Notes under the pieces: generated by a model
Seen by the model: the letters and a program-made list of their open reading frames with translations, nothing else
Database searches by the model: none
Told to the model about the DNA's origin: nothing
Shown: one piece after another, positions 1 to 9,397 of the stretch
How the letters are laid out: each line of letters starts with the position of its first letter
Position numbering within the stretch: position 1 is the stretch's first letter
Made by a program: the position numbers and the translations under genes
Source: Bacteroidota bacterium
Lineage (GTDB): Bacteria > Bacteroidota > Ignavibacteria > UBA10030
Reading direction: 5' to 3'
DNA length: 64,000 nt
Assembly: GCA_050015675.1 (NCBI GenBank)
Contig: JBEKAY010000005.1
Coordinates: forward strand, 52,641 to 116,640

Positions 1-1
1 T

Positions 2-295
2 TCTAAACGTAAGCCGCTTGCGGAAATGAGATCGGCAGTCGAAAAGGCTGGATTTAAAATTGTTGAGATTTATAAAGATGTATTCCATTATCGTTTTGCA
101 GACGGGACGTCGATGCTGAATTATTTTCCATTTAATCTCTCGTTTCTACCGTCGTGGAAAAAAATTGTGCCTGAAGAACAACAGGAAAAAATATTCCACC
201 ATATTGAAATAAAAATGAATCGAATGGCAGCGGTTAATAATGGTTTTACCATGCAAGTACCTTTTGCTACATTTGATTGTATAAAGATCGGATAA
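2..295 (+). CDS. 3' end of a gene truncated by the window edge; possibly a SAM-dependent methyltransferase C-terminus (weak)
   Basis: The frame of ORF 26..295 stays open back to base 2 (S-K-R-K-P-L-A-E-M...), so the true start lies upstream of the window. The product guess rests only on general resemblance of the tail (AGFKIVEIYKD...FADGTSML). Confidence 0.35.
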   Translation, partial: SKRKPLAEMRSAVEKAGFKIVEIYKDVFHYRFADGTSMLNYFPFNLSFLPSWKKIVPEEQQEKIFHHIEIKMNRMAAVNNGFTMQVPFATFDCIKIG

Positions 296-367
296 TCTTT
301 TATCTTATTTAATAATAAGCTGTGAAACCATAATCTACGTTCATTTAATGACATCGGAGAATTTATA

Positions 368-1240
368 ATGGCTGAAATAATAGACGGAAAGAAAATTGCA
401 GAAGACATCAAATATGAAATAAAAGAAGAAACACAACGCTTGAAGGAAACAAAAGGTATTGTACCTGGACTTGCAGTCATTCTCGTCGGTGATAATCCGG
501 CATCGCAATCATATGTCAAATCGAAAGGTAAGGCATGTGAAGCAATAGGTTTTTATTCTATTACCGAAATCATGTCTGCAACTATTTCCGAGCAAGCATT
601 ACTTGCGAAGATTGACGAGTTTAACCACGACTCAAGAATTCACGGTATACTTGTTCAACTTCCACTCCCTAAACATATTAATGAACAAAAAGTAATTGAA
701 GCGATTGATCCGCGAAAGGACGTGGATGGTTTCCATCCTATGAGCATTGGTAAATTAGTTATTGGACTTGATACATTCAAATCATGCACACCTGCCGGAA
801 TTCAAGAACTGCTCGTGCGAAGCGGAAATGATCCATCAGGAAAGCACGTTGTTGTTGTCGGCCGCAGTAATATAGTCGGTAAGCCGATAGCAAATATTTT
901 AGTGCAGAAACAGCGCGGCGCAAATGCAGTGGTAACTGTTGCACACACAGGTGCTTCCGATCTCACATCCTATATCAAGTCTGCAGACATTCTCATTGCC
1001 GCTATCGGCAAACCGGAATTCATCACCGGTGCCATGTTAAAGCCAGGCGTTGTCATTATTGATGTCGGCATCAATCGCGTTGAAGATGCTTCGTTGCCGA
1101 AAGGCTACCGTATCGTCGGTGATGTACATTTCGAATCTGCATCGAAAGTCGCAAAGGCAATCACGCCAGTCCCCGGCGGGGTCGGTCTAATGACCGTTGC
1201 GATGTTATTAAGGAATACACTGAAAGCAGCAATGCAGTGA
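368..1240 (+). CDS. folD: bifunctional methylenetetrahydrofolate dehydrogenase / methenyltetrahydrofolate cyclohydrolase
   Basis: 290 aa. Carries 'LAVILVGDNPASQSYVKSK', the 'VVVGRSNIVGKP' dinucleotide loop and C-terminal 'ITPVPGGVGLMTVAML', which are FolD signatures. Confidence 0.95.
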   Translation: MAEIIDGKKIAEDIKYEIKEETQRLKETKGIVPGLAVILVGDNPASQSYVKSKGKACEAIGFYSITEIMSATISEQALLAKIDEFNHDSRIHGILVQLPLPKHINEQKVIEAIDPRKDVDGFHPMSIGKLVIGLDTFKSCTPAGIQELLVRSGNDPSGKHVVVVGRSNIVGKPIANILVQKQRGANAVVTVAHTGASDLTSYIKSADILIAAIGKPEFITGAMLKPGVVIIDVGINRVEDASLPKGYRIVGDVHFESASKVAKAITPVPGGVGLMTVAMLLRNTLKAAMQ

Positions 1241-1340
1241 GAAATGATCAGAGACAAGGATCAATTAACGAATAAAATTAGGTGGTTATTCATTCGCAGT
1301 TCATTGTTGATCATTTTTCATTGGCAATATCAATAGTATC

Positions 1341-1640
1341 TCAAGCTTCTTCTGAAAAGAGTCGTGCAAAACCATTGTACGGGATAAGTGGAATAATTTC
1401 AAATGCGATCAAACCTGCTTTGACTAACGGTAATGTTGCAAGCACAGATTGAGCTTCTTCGACATCCTTGCATTCGAAAATCAACACTGCTTCATTTCGA
1501 TCTTGCCGGAAGTACAGTTCGCGGATAATTCCCTCTTGATGCAACTTCCACGCCTGCCTCGCTTCTTCTTTCAAAAGATTAGGTGTGAATTGTTCGTCTG
1601 CAATGCCAATAACTTCTTTTTCAAGTGCGAGAATTTTCAT
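1341..1640 (-). CDS. small alpha/beta-barrel protein, muconolactone delta-isomerase-like family (tentative)
   Basis: 99-aa ORF with ATG start. The pattern 'RELYFRQDRNEAVLIFECKDVEEAQSVLATLPLVKAGLIAFEIIPL' resembles MIase-like small proteins. Assignment is from family pattern memory only. Confidence 0.45.
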   Translation of the reverse strand: MKILALEKEVIGIADEQFTPNLLKEEARQAWKLHQEGIIRELYFRQDRNEAVLIFECKDVEEAQSVLATLPLVKAGLIAFEIIPLIPYNGFARLFSEEA

Positions 1641-1652
1641 AAGAAAATTGTC

Positions 1653-2087
1653 TCAGGATTGGATTGTTGATTTCTCAACCGGCGCATTAATAACCGGATT
1701 AAAGAACCGGATGGTTTCATCGTTCAGAAGCACCCAAATACTATAGACGCCAAGAATAGTACCGAGTGGAATATGTATCAGATTGAAGAATGATATCACG
1801 AGCGATGTAATCCGTCCCCATTCTTTTTTCTTAATCACACCGACAGCTCCGATGATTCCGATAATTGAAAAAACCAAGATAATAATTCCGATAACAGTCA
1901 GGATAAGCGGTACGATGTCCAGCAATTCCGAAGGGATCTCATCCATTCCGTGGTGATTATATCGCGAGATTAACTCAAAGAAATATCTGAATCCAATTGC
2001 GATGGCGAAAAGAACAAATGCACCAATGAGCGTAAAAGAATTATAAACAATGTTCAGAATGCCGACGAGTGAAATATGCTTTTCCAT
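1653..2087 (-). CDS. integral membrane protein, unknown function
   Basis: Several long hydrophobic segments. The track ORF begins on TTG at 2120, but an in-frame ATG at 2087 is preceded by GGAGAGGAG, so I start there. Confidence 0.6.
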   Translation of the reverse strand: MEKHISLVGILNIVYNSFTLIGAFVLFAIAIGFRYFFELISRYNHHGMDEIPSELLDIVPLILTVIGIIILVFSIIGIIGAVGVIKKKEWGRITSLVISFFNLIHIPLGTILGVYSIWVLLNDETIRFFNPVINAPVEKSTIQS

Positions 2088-2470
2088 AGTATACTGCTCC
2101 TCTCCGAAAGTATTGTTCAAGAATTAGATTTAATTCGATTTATTATACGACCTTTTTAGCAGGAAAGTTATAATAATTTGAAAAAGAAGTAACCGCTCAG
2201 TGTAAAATGGTATTATGGTTTCTGTGGCCGTTACCACCCCTGACTTGAATAGATAAAGCAGATAACGGTCACATATCTAGAACCTATCTAAAAAACGAAA
2301 AATGACTTGTACATTGCCAGAGTGTTATGTATAGTCAAGGTGCTATGACACGACGAGACGAACTATCTGGTATTCAATTTTCTCCTGTCTCTTTGAATTC
2401 GGCTGGCTTTTAGATAGAGAATAAAGGAAGATTGTTCCTATTGCGATCACTAACAGGATAATTATTTCTC

Positions 2471-2599
2471 TTAGTATATTTTTCCTACTTTCCCGGCGAG
2501 AATTAAATCTATGGCATTCAATTCCTCAGATGTGAATTGGAGATTTGTTAACGCTCCTACAGCATTTTCAATTTGAGCGAATACATTGTTGTTGGATAT
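2471..2599 (-). pseudogene. relic of the C-terminal ~42 codons of an aldo/keto reductase
   Basis: The minus-strand frame reads ISNNNVFAQIENAVGALTNLQFTSEELNAIDLILAGKVGKIY*. This matches the conserved AKR tail pattern (...QLEEN..AL.nl.Fs.EEL..ID...). It is bounded upstream by an in-frame TGA (2600-2602) with no start codon. Confidence 0.5.
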
Positions 2600-2678
2600 T
2601 CATCTCTATTCAGACTTCACTCGATGTAAGTGTGGCAAATAATTGATTGAGGAGGTCGCATATTTGGATTTGACAGCG

Positions 2679-3725
2679 TCAAACTATTTTAAAGTGTAAT
2701 ATGGATAACTCTTGGAGAGTCCTTGCACTCTCTTCAGGTGTGATATCCCGCTGTGGTTCAGCGAGCATTTCATATCCAACCATAAATTTTTTGATCTGTG
2801 CCGATCGAAGAAGCGGTGGATAAAAGTGCATGTGAAAATGCCATTCGTTATGCTGACGACTATCAGTCGGTGCTTGATGCAAGCCGGCAGAATATGGGAA
2901 TGAGGTCTTAAATAAGTTATCGTACTTAACGGTTATTGCCTTTATCGTACCAGCATAGTCTTTTCGTTCACTGGATTTCAATTGAAGAATATTGGAGATC
3001 CTTCTTTTCGGGATTATCATGGTTTCGTACGGCCATATCGCCCAGTAAGGAACCACAACTACAAACGACGCATTTTCAAAGACCAAGCGTTCATTTAAGC
3101 GCAACTCTAATTTTAGGTAATCAGCCAGCAATCCTCGTTTCTTCCTGGAAGAATAATCCTTGAATTGTTTCAATTCTTTCTGTGCTTCCATGGGAATGCT
3201 TTCCTGCGCCCAGATCTGGCAATGAGGATGCGGATTGCTATTCCCCATGATCGATCCTTTATTTTCGAAGATCTGTACATGATTGATGTAAGGTTTCTCT
3301 CCTAACATTCTGAACTCTTCCTGCCAGATGGCAATAACTTGTTCAATTTCATCTTCACTCATTTCAGCGAGAGTCAGGTTATGTTTCGGCGAATAATTGA
3401 CGACCCGGCATATTCCTCGTTCTACTTTCGCGATAAGCAAATTATTCTTTTTGGTCTCTTCAGAAGGAATATCCGGCAAGAGTGCGGAGAAATCATTGGT
3501 AAAGACATAGGTTCCTGTGTACTGTGGATTGACTTCACCATTTGCACGCTTATTTCCCGGGCACAAATAACATCCTGATTCATATTCAAGGCTTTGCCCA
3601 TTCGAAGCAGCTGAGATTTCTCCTTGCCATGGGCGCTGAGTTCTTTGTGGAGAAACAAGAATCCATTCTCCTGTCAGGATATTTTTTCTTCGATGAGGAA
3701 ATCGTAATACCTTAGTCTGCCGCAT
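2679..3725 (-). CDS. galT: galactose-1-phosphate uridylyltransferase
   Basis: Carries the 'HPHCQIW' His-Pro-His active site, the 'CYLCPGN' zinc site and N-terminal 'FPHRRKNILTGEWILVSPQRTQRPWQG'. The ORF is open to 3770. I prefer the ATG at 3725 (MRQTKVLRFPHRR), which overlaps the galK stop by 14 nt rather than 59 nt. Confidence 0.9.
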   Translation of the reverse strand: MRQTKVLRFPHRRKNILTGEWILVSPQRTQRPWQGEISAASNGQSLEYESGCYLCPGNKRANGEVNPQYTGTYVFTNDFSALLPDIPSEETKKNNLLIAKVERGICRVVNYSPKHNLTLAEMSEDEIEQVIAIWQEEFRMLGEKPYINHVQIFENKGSIMGNSNPHPHCQIWAQESIPMEAQKELKQFKDYSSRKKRGLLADYLKLELRLNERLVFENASFVVVVPYWAIWPYETMIIPKRRISNILQLKSSERKDYAGTIKAITVKYDNLFKTSFPYSAGLHQAPTDSRQHNEWHFHMHFYPPLLRSAQIKKFMVGYEMLAEPQRDITPEESARTLQELSILHFKIV

Positions 3726-4887
3726 GTTCGTTCGCTGTGATGATATGGGTTCCAGAATCAATGGAGGCAATATATGTCTTCAGGTCGACGTGAAATTCCT
3801 TCTTGTATTTCTCAGCCACCTGTTTGTTGATTTCTGCGGCTGTCTGATTTTCTATAAGGTTAATCGTGCATCCCCCAAATCCGCCTCCCATCATCCGTGA
3901 GCCATATACCTGTGGAATACCTTGAACGGCTGTCACAAGAAAATCGAGTTCTTTGCAGCTTACTTCATAATCTTGACTTAAGCCCTGGTGTGTTCTGTTC
4001 ATGTACACACCAAAAGTTTTCAAGTTTCCTTTTTCCAACTCGGTGCACGCACTAAGCACACGATCATTTTCCTCTACGACATATTTACACCGTCGATAGA
4101 TCGTCGGGTTCATCTTATTCTTGCATTTTTGCATCATGTCAACAGAGACATCCCGCAGATAGTGCACATCCGGATAACTTTTTTTTATTATTTCTATGCC
4201 CTCACTGCATTCTTTTCTTCTTCGATTATATTCCGACGATGCTAACGAATGCGAGACACGCGTGTCAAAGAGAACGAGAGATATATTGTTAAAAGCAAAC
4301 GGATAGTATTTGTATTCTAATGAGCGGCAATCAATACGAAGGGCGTTGTTTTGTTTACCGAAAATGTTTATGTATTGATCCATAATACCGCATTGTACAC
4401 CGACAAATTCATTCTCTGCCTTTTGAGCAAGCTTGACAAGGGAGAGTGCCTCAATATGTAAATCAAACATGGTGTTAAGTGCAAAAGCCAAGCCTGCTTC
4501 AAGTGCCGCAGAAGACGACATCCCGGCGCCGATAGGGATGTCTCCTCCAAAGACACAATTGAAGCCTCTTATGCGATACTTCGTTTTGATACATTGATCC
4601 ACAACTCCCATGAGATAATTCGGCCATCCCTTTTTTGAAAAATGAAGATCATCTATCGAATACTCATGCTCATCGTTCATGTCCATTGCATATACTTTAC
4701 ATTGTCGATCACTCCGCGGAGCAATTGCAAAATATATTGCTTTATCAATAGCAGCCGGAAGGACGTACCCCATATTATAATCTGTATGCTCGCCAATAAG
4801 ATTCACTCTTCCAGGTGAACGAAATAAGAGGGGCTGTTCTTTGAATCTTTCCCGAAAGAGTGCTGTAGTTGATTCAACAAAGCTCAT
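3712..4887 (-). CDS. galK: galactokinase
   Basis: Carries the 'GRVNLIGEHTDYN' galactokinase signature and the GHMP motif 'GGDIPIGAGMSSSAALE'. AAGGTGA lies upstream of the ATG. Confidence 0.95.
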   Translation of the reverse strand: MSFVESTTALFRERFKEQPLLFRSPGRVNLIGEHTDYNMGYVLPAAIDKAIYFAIAPRSDRQCKVYAMDMNDEHEYSIDDLHFSKKGWPNYLMGVVDQCIKTKYRIRGFNCVFGGDIPIGAGMSSSAALEAGLAFALNTMFDLHIEALSLVKLAQKAENEFVGVQCGIMDQYINIFGKQNNALRIDCRSLEYKYYPFAFNNISLVLFDTRVSHSLASSEYNRRRKECSEGIEIIKKSYPDVHYLRDVSVDMMQKCKNKMNPTIYRRCKYVVEENDRVLSACTELEKGNLKTFGVYMNRTHQGLSQDYEVSCKELDFLVTAVQGIPQVYGSRMMGGGFGGCTINLIENQTAAEINKQVAEKYKKEFHVDLKTYIASIDSGTHIITANEHAAD

Positions 4888-4893
4888 AGACGT

Positions 4894-5109
4894 TCACCTT
4901 GTTTGCTTTCTCATTTTTAAATACATCCCACCGCCGAAAATAATCATAAACCCTCCCCACCAAATATCGGGATGTGTTTCAGCTAGGACTGTTTTCACAG
5001 CTGGTGGATTAATTAATTGATAAATACCGCTGCAAAAGACAAGCCCGCCTATCACCAATAATATCAATCCGACAAAATACCAAATAGGTTTCATTCCTTG
5101 TTCAGACAT
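4894..5109 (-). CDS. small two-helix membrane protein co-transcribed with the symporter
   Basis: 71 aa with two hydrophobic helices. AAGGAG lies 8 nt before the ATG. It sits between the symporter and galK with 15- and 6-nt gaps. Confidence 0.6.
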   Translation of the reverse strand: MSEQGMKPIWYFVGLILLVIGGLVFCSGIYQLINPPAVKTVLAETHPDIWWGGFMIIFGGGMYLKMRKQTR

Positions 5110-5124
5110 TTTATTTCTCCTTAA

Positions 5125-6801
5125 TTACCAGAACCAAATATTTAACAGAATAAAGACGATTAAAGAAATAATCGCATAAAATTCCGGTCTCTTTATAAAT
5201 GGGGTATCCTGATCGAGCTTCTCCTTAGTCAATCCTTTAACCAAGCCGACAAGTTCTTCTTTCGATCTCTTTTTTGTTAACATGCTTACCACAACTGTTA
5301 CGACAACGCAGATCAACCATGCCCACCATGCTCGCCAGAAGTTAGCTGCCATGTCGCTCTGAACACTCGACATTGTGATGATACTTTGAGCAAACCAGTG
5401 AAACTTTACAGCTAAGTACATGAGGATTGACGAAAGCATCCCTACGATGAGGCCCCAAAAAGCGCCATTCGGCGTAATCCACCAGAAAAACATGCCGAGC
5501 AGCATAGTTGCAAAGAGCGGTGCATTGACCCATGAAAAAATTGCCTGCATATAATCCATGATGCTGGGAAAACCTTTTGCCCAGTATGCAGTTACTAAAG
5601 AAAGAATGACACCGACAATGGTCGACACGCGTCCCATCCAGAGAAGGTGTGCATCGGATGCTTTTTTATTCAAGACAGATTTGTATATGTCGTATGTCCA
5701 TACCGTATTGAATGCACTGATGTTACCTGCTTGCCCTGCCATAAATCCAGCAAGTAATGCTGTCACTCCTAAGCCGATTAAGCCGGGTGGATAATACCGT
5801 GCAATCAAGAGTGGCAGTGCAGAATCATAATTTGCCTGTCCTCCATCCTGTAATAATTTGAATCCACTTTTTGGATCAATGGAAAGAGCGATTGCTATCA
5901 ACCCTGCAATGATAACGATAAAAGGTAATGCCATCTTGAAGAACGATGCAAGAATTGGTGTCATGCGTGCCGAACGTAAATCCTTCGCCGAGAATGCGCG
6001 TTGAACAACAAGAAAGTCTGTCGTCCAATATCCAAAAGATAAAACAAATCCCAAGCCAAGCACGATGCCGCCCCAGTGAATAAGCATTCCGTTTTGCGCC
6101 GGATTTGACGAAGTCGACCAAAGTGTGGTAAACGAGACTTGTGGACTGTATGTGTTAATCCGTGCCATGATTTCGCTTAAGCTTCCAATTTCTATGATCC
6201 CAAGAATTGAAACAAGAAATAATCCAAACCAGATCAAGAAAAATTGGACGATTTCAGTAAAGATTGCGGACATAAGCCCACTCATTGTAACATATCCTGC
6301 AACAGTAATTGCCGAAGCCCACATGCTGTAATCCCAATTCCAGCCGAGAAATGTGTGCAGCACAAGAGCCATAGCATACAAATTGATTCCTGAGACCAAC
6401 AGCGTCATGATCGCAAAGGAGATACCATTGATGACGCGTGTTTTCTCATCAAACCGGAGTTTAAGATAACCAGGAATAGAATTGATCTTGCTGCTGTAAT
6501 AGAAAGGCATCATATAAATACCAAGGAAGAGCATTGCAGGAACTGCACCTATCCAGTAGAAATGAGCAACATACATTCCGTATTTAAAAGTATTCCCAGT
6601 CATGCCAAGTAACTCGAGCGCTCCTAGATTTGCTGAAAGAAAAGCAAGCCCTGCAACCCATGTAGAATTTTTCCTTCCGGCAAGAAAAAAATCCTCTTGG
6701 CTCTTCGTATATCTGCGAAGGTACAAACCAATGCCAAGAACAAAGCCGAAATAAACAATGATAATGACCCAATCTATGAACGATAACCCTATCGCTTCCA
6801 T
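5125..6801 (-). CDS. sodium:solute symporter, SGLT-like (probable Na+/galactose-glucose transporter)
   Basis: 558 aa and polytopic. The N-terminal pattern 'YLRRYTKSQEDFFLAGRKNSTWVAGLAFLSANLGALELLGMTG' is typical of the SSS/SGLT family. It is the first gene of the galK-galT operon, with AAGGAG before the ATG. Confidence 0.85.
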   Translation of the reverse strand: MEAIGLSFIDWVIIIVYFGFVLGIGLYLRRYTKSQEDFFLAGRKNSTWVAGLAFLSANLGALELLGMTGNTFKYGMYVAHFYWIGAVPAMLFLGIYMMPFYYSSKINSIPGYLKLRFDEKTRVINGISFAIMTLLVSGINLYAMALVLHTFLGWNWDYSMWASAITVAGYVTMSGLMSAIFTEIVQFFLIWFGLFLVSILGIIEIGSLSEIMARINTYSPQVSFTTLWSTSSNPAQNGMLIHWGGIVLGLGFVLSFGYWTTDFLVVQRAFSAKDLRSARMTPILASFFKMALPFIVIIAGLIAIALSIDPKSGFKLLQDGGQANYDSALPLLIARYYPPGLIGLGVTALLAGFMAGQAGNISAFNTVWTYDIYKSVLNKKASDAHLLWMGRVSTIVGVILSLVTAYWAKGFPSIMDYMQAIFSWVNAPLFATMLLGMFFWWITPNGAFWGLIVGMLSSILMYLAVKFHWFAQSIITMSSVQSDMAANFWRAWWAWLICVVVTVVVSMLTKKRSKEELVGLVKGLTKEKLDQDTPFIKRPEFYAIISLIVFILLNIWFW

Positions 6802-6874
6802 CGTTTACTCCTTGCTGAATGAAAATGCACTAATCAATTTAACTTTCCATTTTTTAATATGAATTTTTACGAGT

Positions 6875-6888
6875 TTCAAACGATTGCA
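6875..6888. promoter_or_regulatory. LacI/GalR-type operator-like half-palindrome upstream of the galactose operon
   Basis: TTCAAACGATTGCA (reverse complement TGCAATCGTTTGAA) differs at one position from the generic LacI-family pattern TGnAAnCGnTTnCA. It lies 74-87 nt upstream of the symporter start. No LacI-family gene is present in the window. Confidence 0.25.
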
Positions 6889-7023
6889 TATTAAGATATA
6901 TTAATATTTGTATCAAGGGCTCTTTATTATTTAGTGCTTTCTTCATTCATCTAAAACTATGGAGGTTGAGGAGATTTATTCTTATCATTTTGTACACTAT
7001 AACCAAGACACATAAAGAATTCG

Positions 7024-9150
7024 ATGCACTTACGACTCTCATTCCAAAACCGTATTTTTATTGTCCTTGTAATTATCGCAATCTTGACGCTGCTTGTTGT
7101 ATGGACTGTCATCCGTCCGAGGTACGAAGCATCGGTCATTTCGGAACGCCTTGCCAGCGTTCAGCAGCTTCAGATTTATGCCGTTGAAAATCTTGACCGC
7201 ACTATCGCAGGCTGGTCGGATGCTACGCATTTCATTGCAGGGCAAGTGACGGAACGGCCGAAAGAGGGAGAAATTATACTGCGCACCATGATGACCTTGC
7301 ATCCGGAGATCATCCAAATCAACATTCACTCATCCAAGCTTTCCGATGAACTCACTAGCCAGAATACATCCTATCCGGCGGCGAATGTGCAAGTAAAGGA
7401 TGATGCATGGGTGAAGTCAAAAATAGATACGCTGCTGCAAATCGCGTGGCTTAACGATACTCTGCCGCACCAGCAATTTTTTGTTATGCGGACTCGTTTT
7501 CAGGTGCAAAACATTCCTTTTGTGCTTACAATAGTTTGGGATGCGGTAAAATTAAATTCCCTGCTGACCAATTTGCCTCTCGGCGAGAATTTTTTAGTCA
7601 GCATTCAAAGCAAATCTACAGTAATCCTCCGCAATATTTCTCCATTTCAACTAATCGTAGTGCACAGTTCAGAAGAACGAATGAGCACGCTGCAGAGCAT
7701 GTATCAAGGAGAAGAGACTTGGCGTGTTCTGACAAGCGCTTTTCAAACTGCGCAACTCTGGATAATAATTGCAGTTCCGGAAAAAACAATTCTTAGGCCG
7801 GTGAAAGATCTTCTTTTTTACTCTACTTCACTCGTTATCGGACTTGCTTTTTTGATGCTGGTAGTCGGATGGGTACTTTCCTTTCAAATAAACCGCCCCA
7901 TTGCCCGCCTTGTGAAGGATGTACAACGATTGGGCAATTTGGATTTTACCCAAGCGATTCAAATCCCTGCGATGAAAGACTTGCACGGCATGGGCGAGAC
8001 AATCGAGCTAATGCGCCAGGCGCTCGAGCGGTACCAGCGCTTGAATGTAGAAAAAATTATTCTTGAAGAATGGAAAAACAAGTTGTTCATGACGCATAGC
8101 AACGATTTGATCGGTTTTACAAATGGAACCGGCGAGTTTGTTTTTCGGAACGATAAACTTGACGAGTTTTGCACTTCATTGCTGCCAGCGCGTACGTTCA
8201 ATACAAAATCCGACATACTGACACACCCGTCCATCATAAAGACGAAAGAAACTATACGCGACGAAATTACGGACAATTTACAAGTATGTTTGCATCAATC
8301 TGAAATAAAAGCCCAAACCGATTCTACGATTGTGAATTATTACCACGTGAACGACCTGTCCATTATTCGCAGCGGGGAAAACCTTGGCTCCCTTCTTATA
8401 TTCCATGACCAGACGCATGAACGGCTTATAGATAAAATGAAGACGGATATGATTAACGTCATTGTGCATGAACTACGCAATCCGATAGGAAGCATTATGG
8501 GATTTGCCGAAATTCTTCTGCATGATCCAAACCTGGACGCTGAAAAACAAAAAGAATTTCTCCAATTGATGTATGACAGCAGTTTGAATCTTAACAATCT
8601 GATCAACCGATTTCTCGATATATCGCGTCTTGAATCACACCGGATCGAGTATCCTAAAGTTCTCACCAATATCACAGCCATTGTTAACGCAGTCGTGGAC
8701 ACTCAAAAACCTCAACTAACGAAAAAATCTCTTACAGCGGAGCTTGATATCCAAAGGGACATTCCTGAGGTTGTTGTTTCACCGGATTTATTCCGCGAAG
8801 CGGTTTCAAATCTTCTTTCAAATGCCATTAAATACGGCGGCCCGGATCGCATAATAAATCTTTCGCTTTCAATGAAAGATCACAATATCATATTCTCCAT
8901 AGTAGACCATGGCTATGGCATACCTCCGGAAGCGCAGTCAAAATTATTTACAAAATTCTTCCGCGTCAATAATCCGAAGGTTTCCTCGGAAATCGGAACC
9001 GGATTAGGCCTGGCTCATGTAAAAGAAATTACCTCGTATCATAATGGCATCATCAAGCTTGAATCAAATGCAGATATCGGGTGCAAGTTCACGATTACAA
9101 TTCCTGCAATAACTTCTGAACCAAGCAGTGGGAGTTCGACTGGAGGTTAA
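7024..9150 (+). CDS. sensor histidine kinase (membrane-anchored, HAMP plus sensory region, HisKA, HATPase)
   Basis: Carries H-box 'HELRNPIGSIMGFAEIL', N-box 'LLSNAIKYG' and G-boxes 'DHGYGIP' and 'GTGLGLA'. There are two hydrophobic segments near the N-terminus. No cognate response regulator is adjacent. Confidence 0.85.
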   Translation: MHLRLSFQNRIFIVLVIIAILTLLVVWTVIRPRYEASVISERLASVQQLQIYAVENLDRTIAGWSDATHFIAGQVTERPKEGEIILRTMMTLHPEIIQINIHSSKLSDELTSQNTSYPAANVQVKDDAWVKSKIDTLLQIAWLNDTLPHQQFFVMRTRFQVQNIPFVLTIVWDAVKLNSLLTNLPLGENFLVSIQSKSTVILRNISPFQLIVVHSSEERMSTLQSMYQGEETWRVLTSAFQTAQLWIIIAVPEKTILRPVKDLLFYSTSLVIGLAFLMLVVGWVLSFQINRPIARLVKDVQRLGNLDFTQAIQIPAMKDLHGMGETIELMRQALERYQRLNVEKIILEEWKNKLFMTHSNDLIGFTNGTGEFVFRNDKLDEFCTSLLPARTFNTKSDILTHPSIIKTKETIRDEITDNLQVCLHQSEIKAQTDSTIVNYYHVNDLSIIRSGENLGSLLIFHDQTHERLIDKMKTDMINVIVHELRNPIGSIMGFAEILLHDPNLDAEKQKEFLQLMYDSSLNLNNLINRFLDISRLESHRIEYPKVLTNITAIVNAVVDTQKPQLTKKSLTAELDIQRDIPEVVVSPDLFREAVSNLLSNAIKYGGPDRIINLSLSMKDHNIIFSIVDHGYGIPPEAQSKLFTKFFRVNNPKVSSEIGTGLGLAHVKEITSYHNGIIKLESNADIGCKFTITIPAITSEPSSGSSTGG

Positions 9151-9397
9151 TCGGGAGGTGTTCAGATCTTTGCAGATTAATTCGCAAGGCGATCGGGCGA
9201 TCTTCGTAGAAGCTATCAAAAGAGGCACGCTTAAGTTGACATTCGATTCAATTGATGATGAAAAAAATGTCGGATCAAAAATCTGGAAGATCAAATAATA
9301 GAAAAGATTTTTGCTACCTGTACAATTGAGCTATGAATTTGACAGGTGTCATCTTTTCTACAAGAAAAATCGAACAGATGGTACTATGATAGAGTAC

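Noticed and set aside
121-519. Track ORF antisense to or overlapping the folD start. The same class includes 2712-2903, 3339-3578, 5342-5533, 7039-7329, 9492-11539 (many), 16378-16836, 17971-18297, 26207-26803, 32289-32759, 41145-41630, 45090-45699, 49260-49919, 50618-51031, 51350-51754 and 52089-52414.
   Set aside because: These are shadow ORFs lying inside or opposite long ORFs that have clear family motifs. They have no RBS and no recognisable motifs, and some have odd amino-acid composition.
3726-3770. Longer galT start at 3770
   Set aside because: It would overlap galK by 59 nt and add 15 residues not seen in GalT N-termini. The ATG at 3725 gives the canonical 'MRQTKVLRFPHRR...' start. 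The longer form cannot be fully excluded.
9128-9298. Short ORF (GTG 9128 or TTG 9170 to TAA 9298) overlapping the end of the histidine kinase gene: ...REVFRSLQINSQGDRAIFVEAIKRGTLKLTFDSIDDEKNVGSKIWKIK*
   Set aside because: Its composition is protein-like, but it has no ATG, an ambiguous RBS and no recognisable motif (it does not fit a PilZ pattern). It cannot be supported without conservation data.
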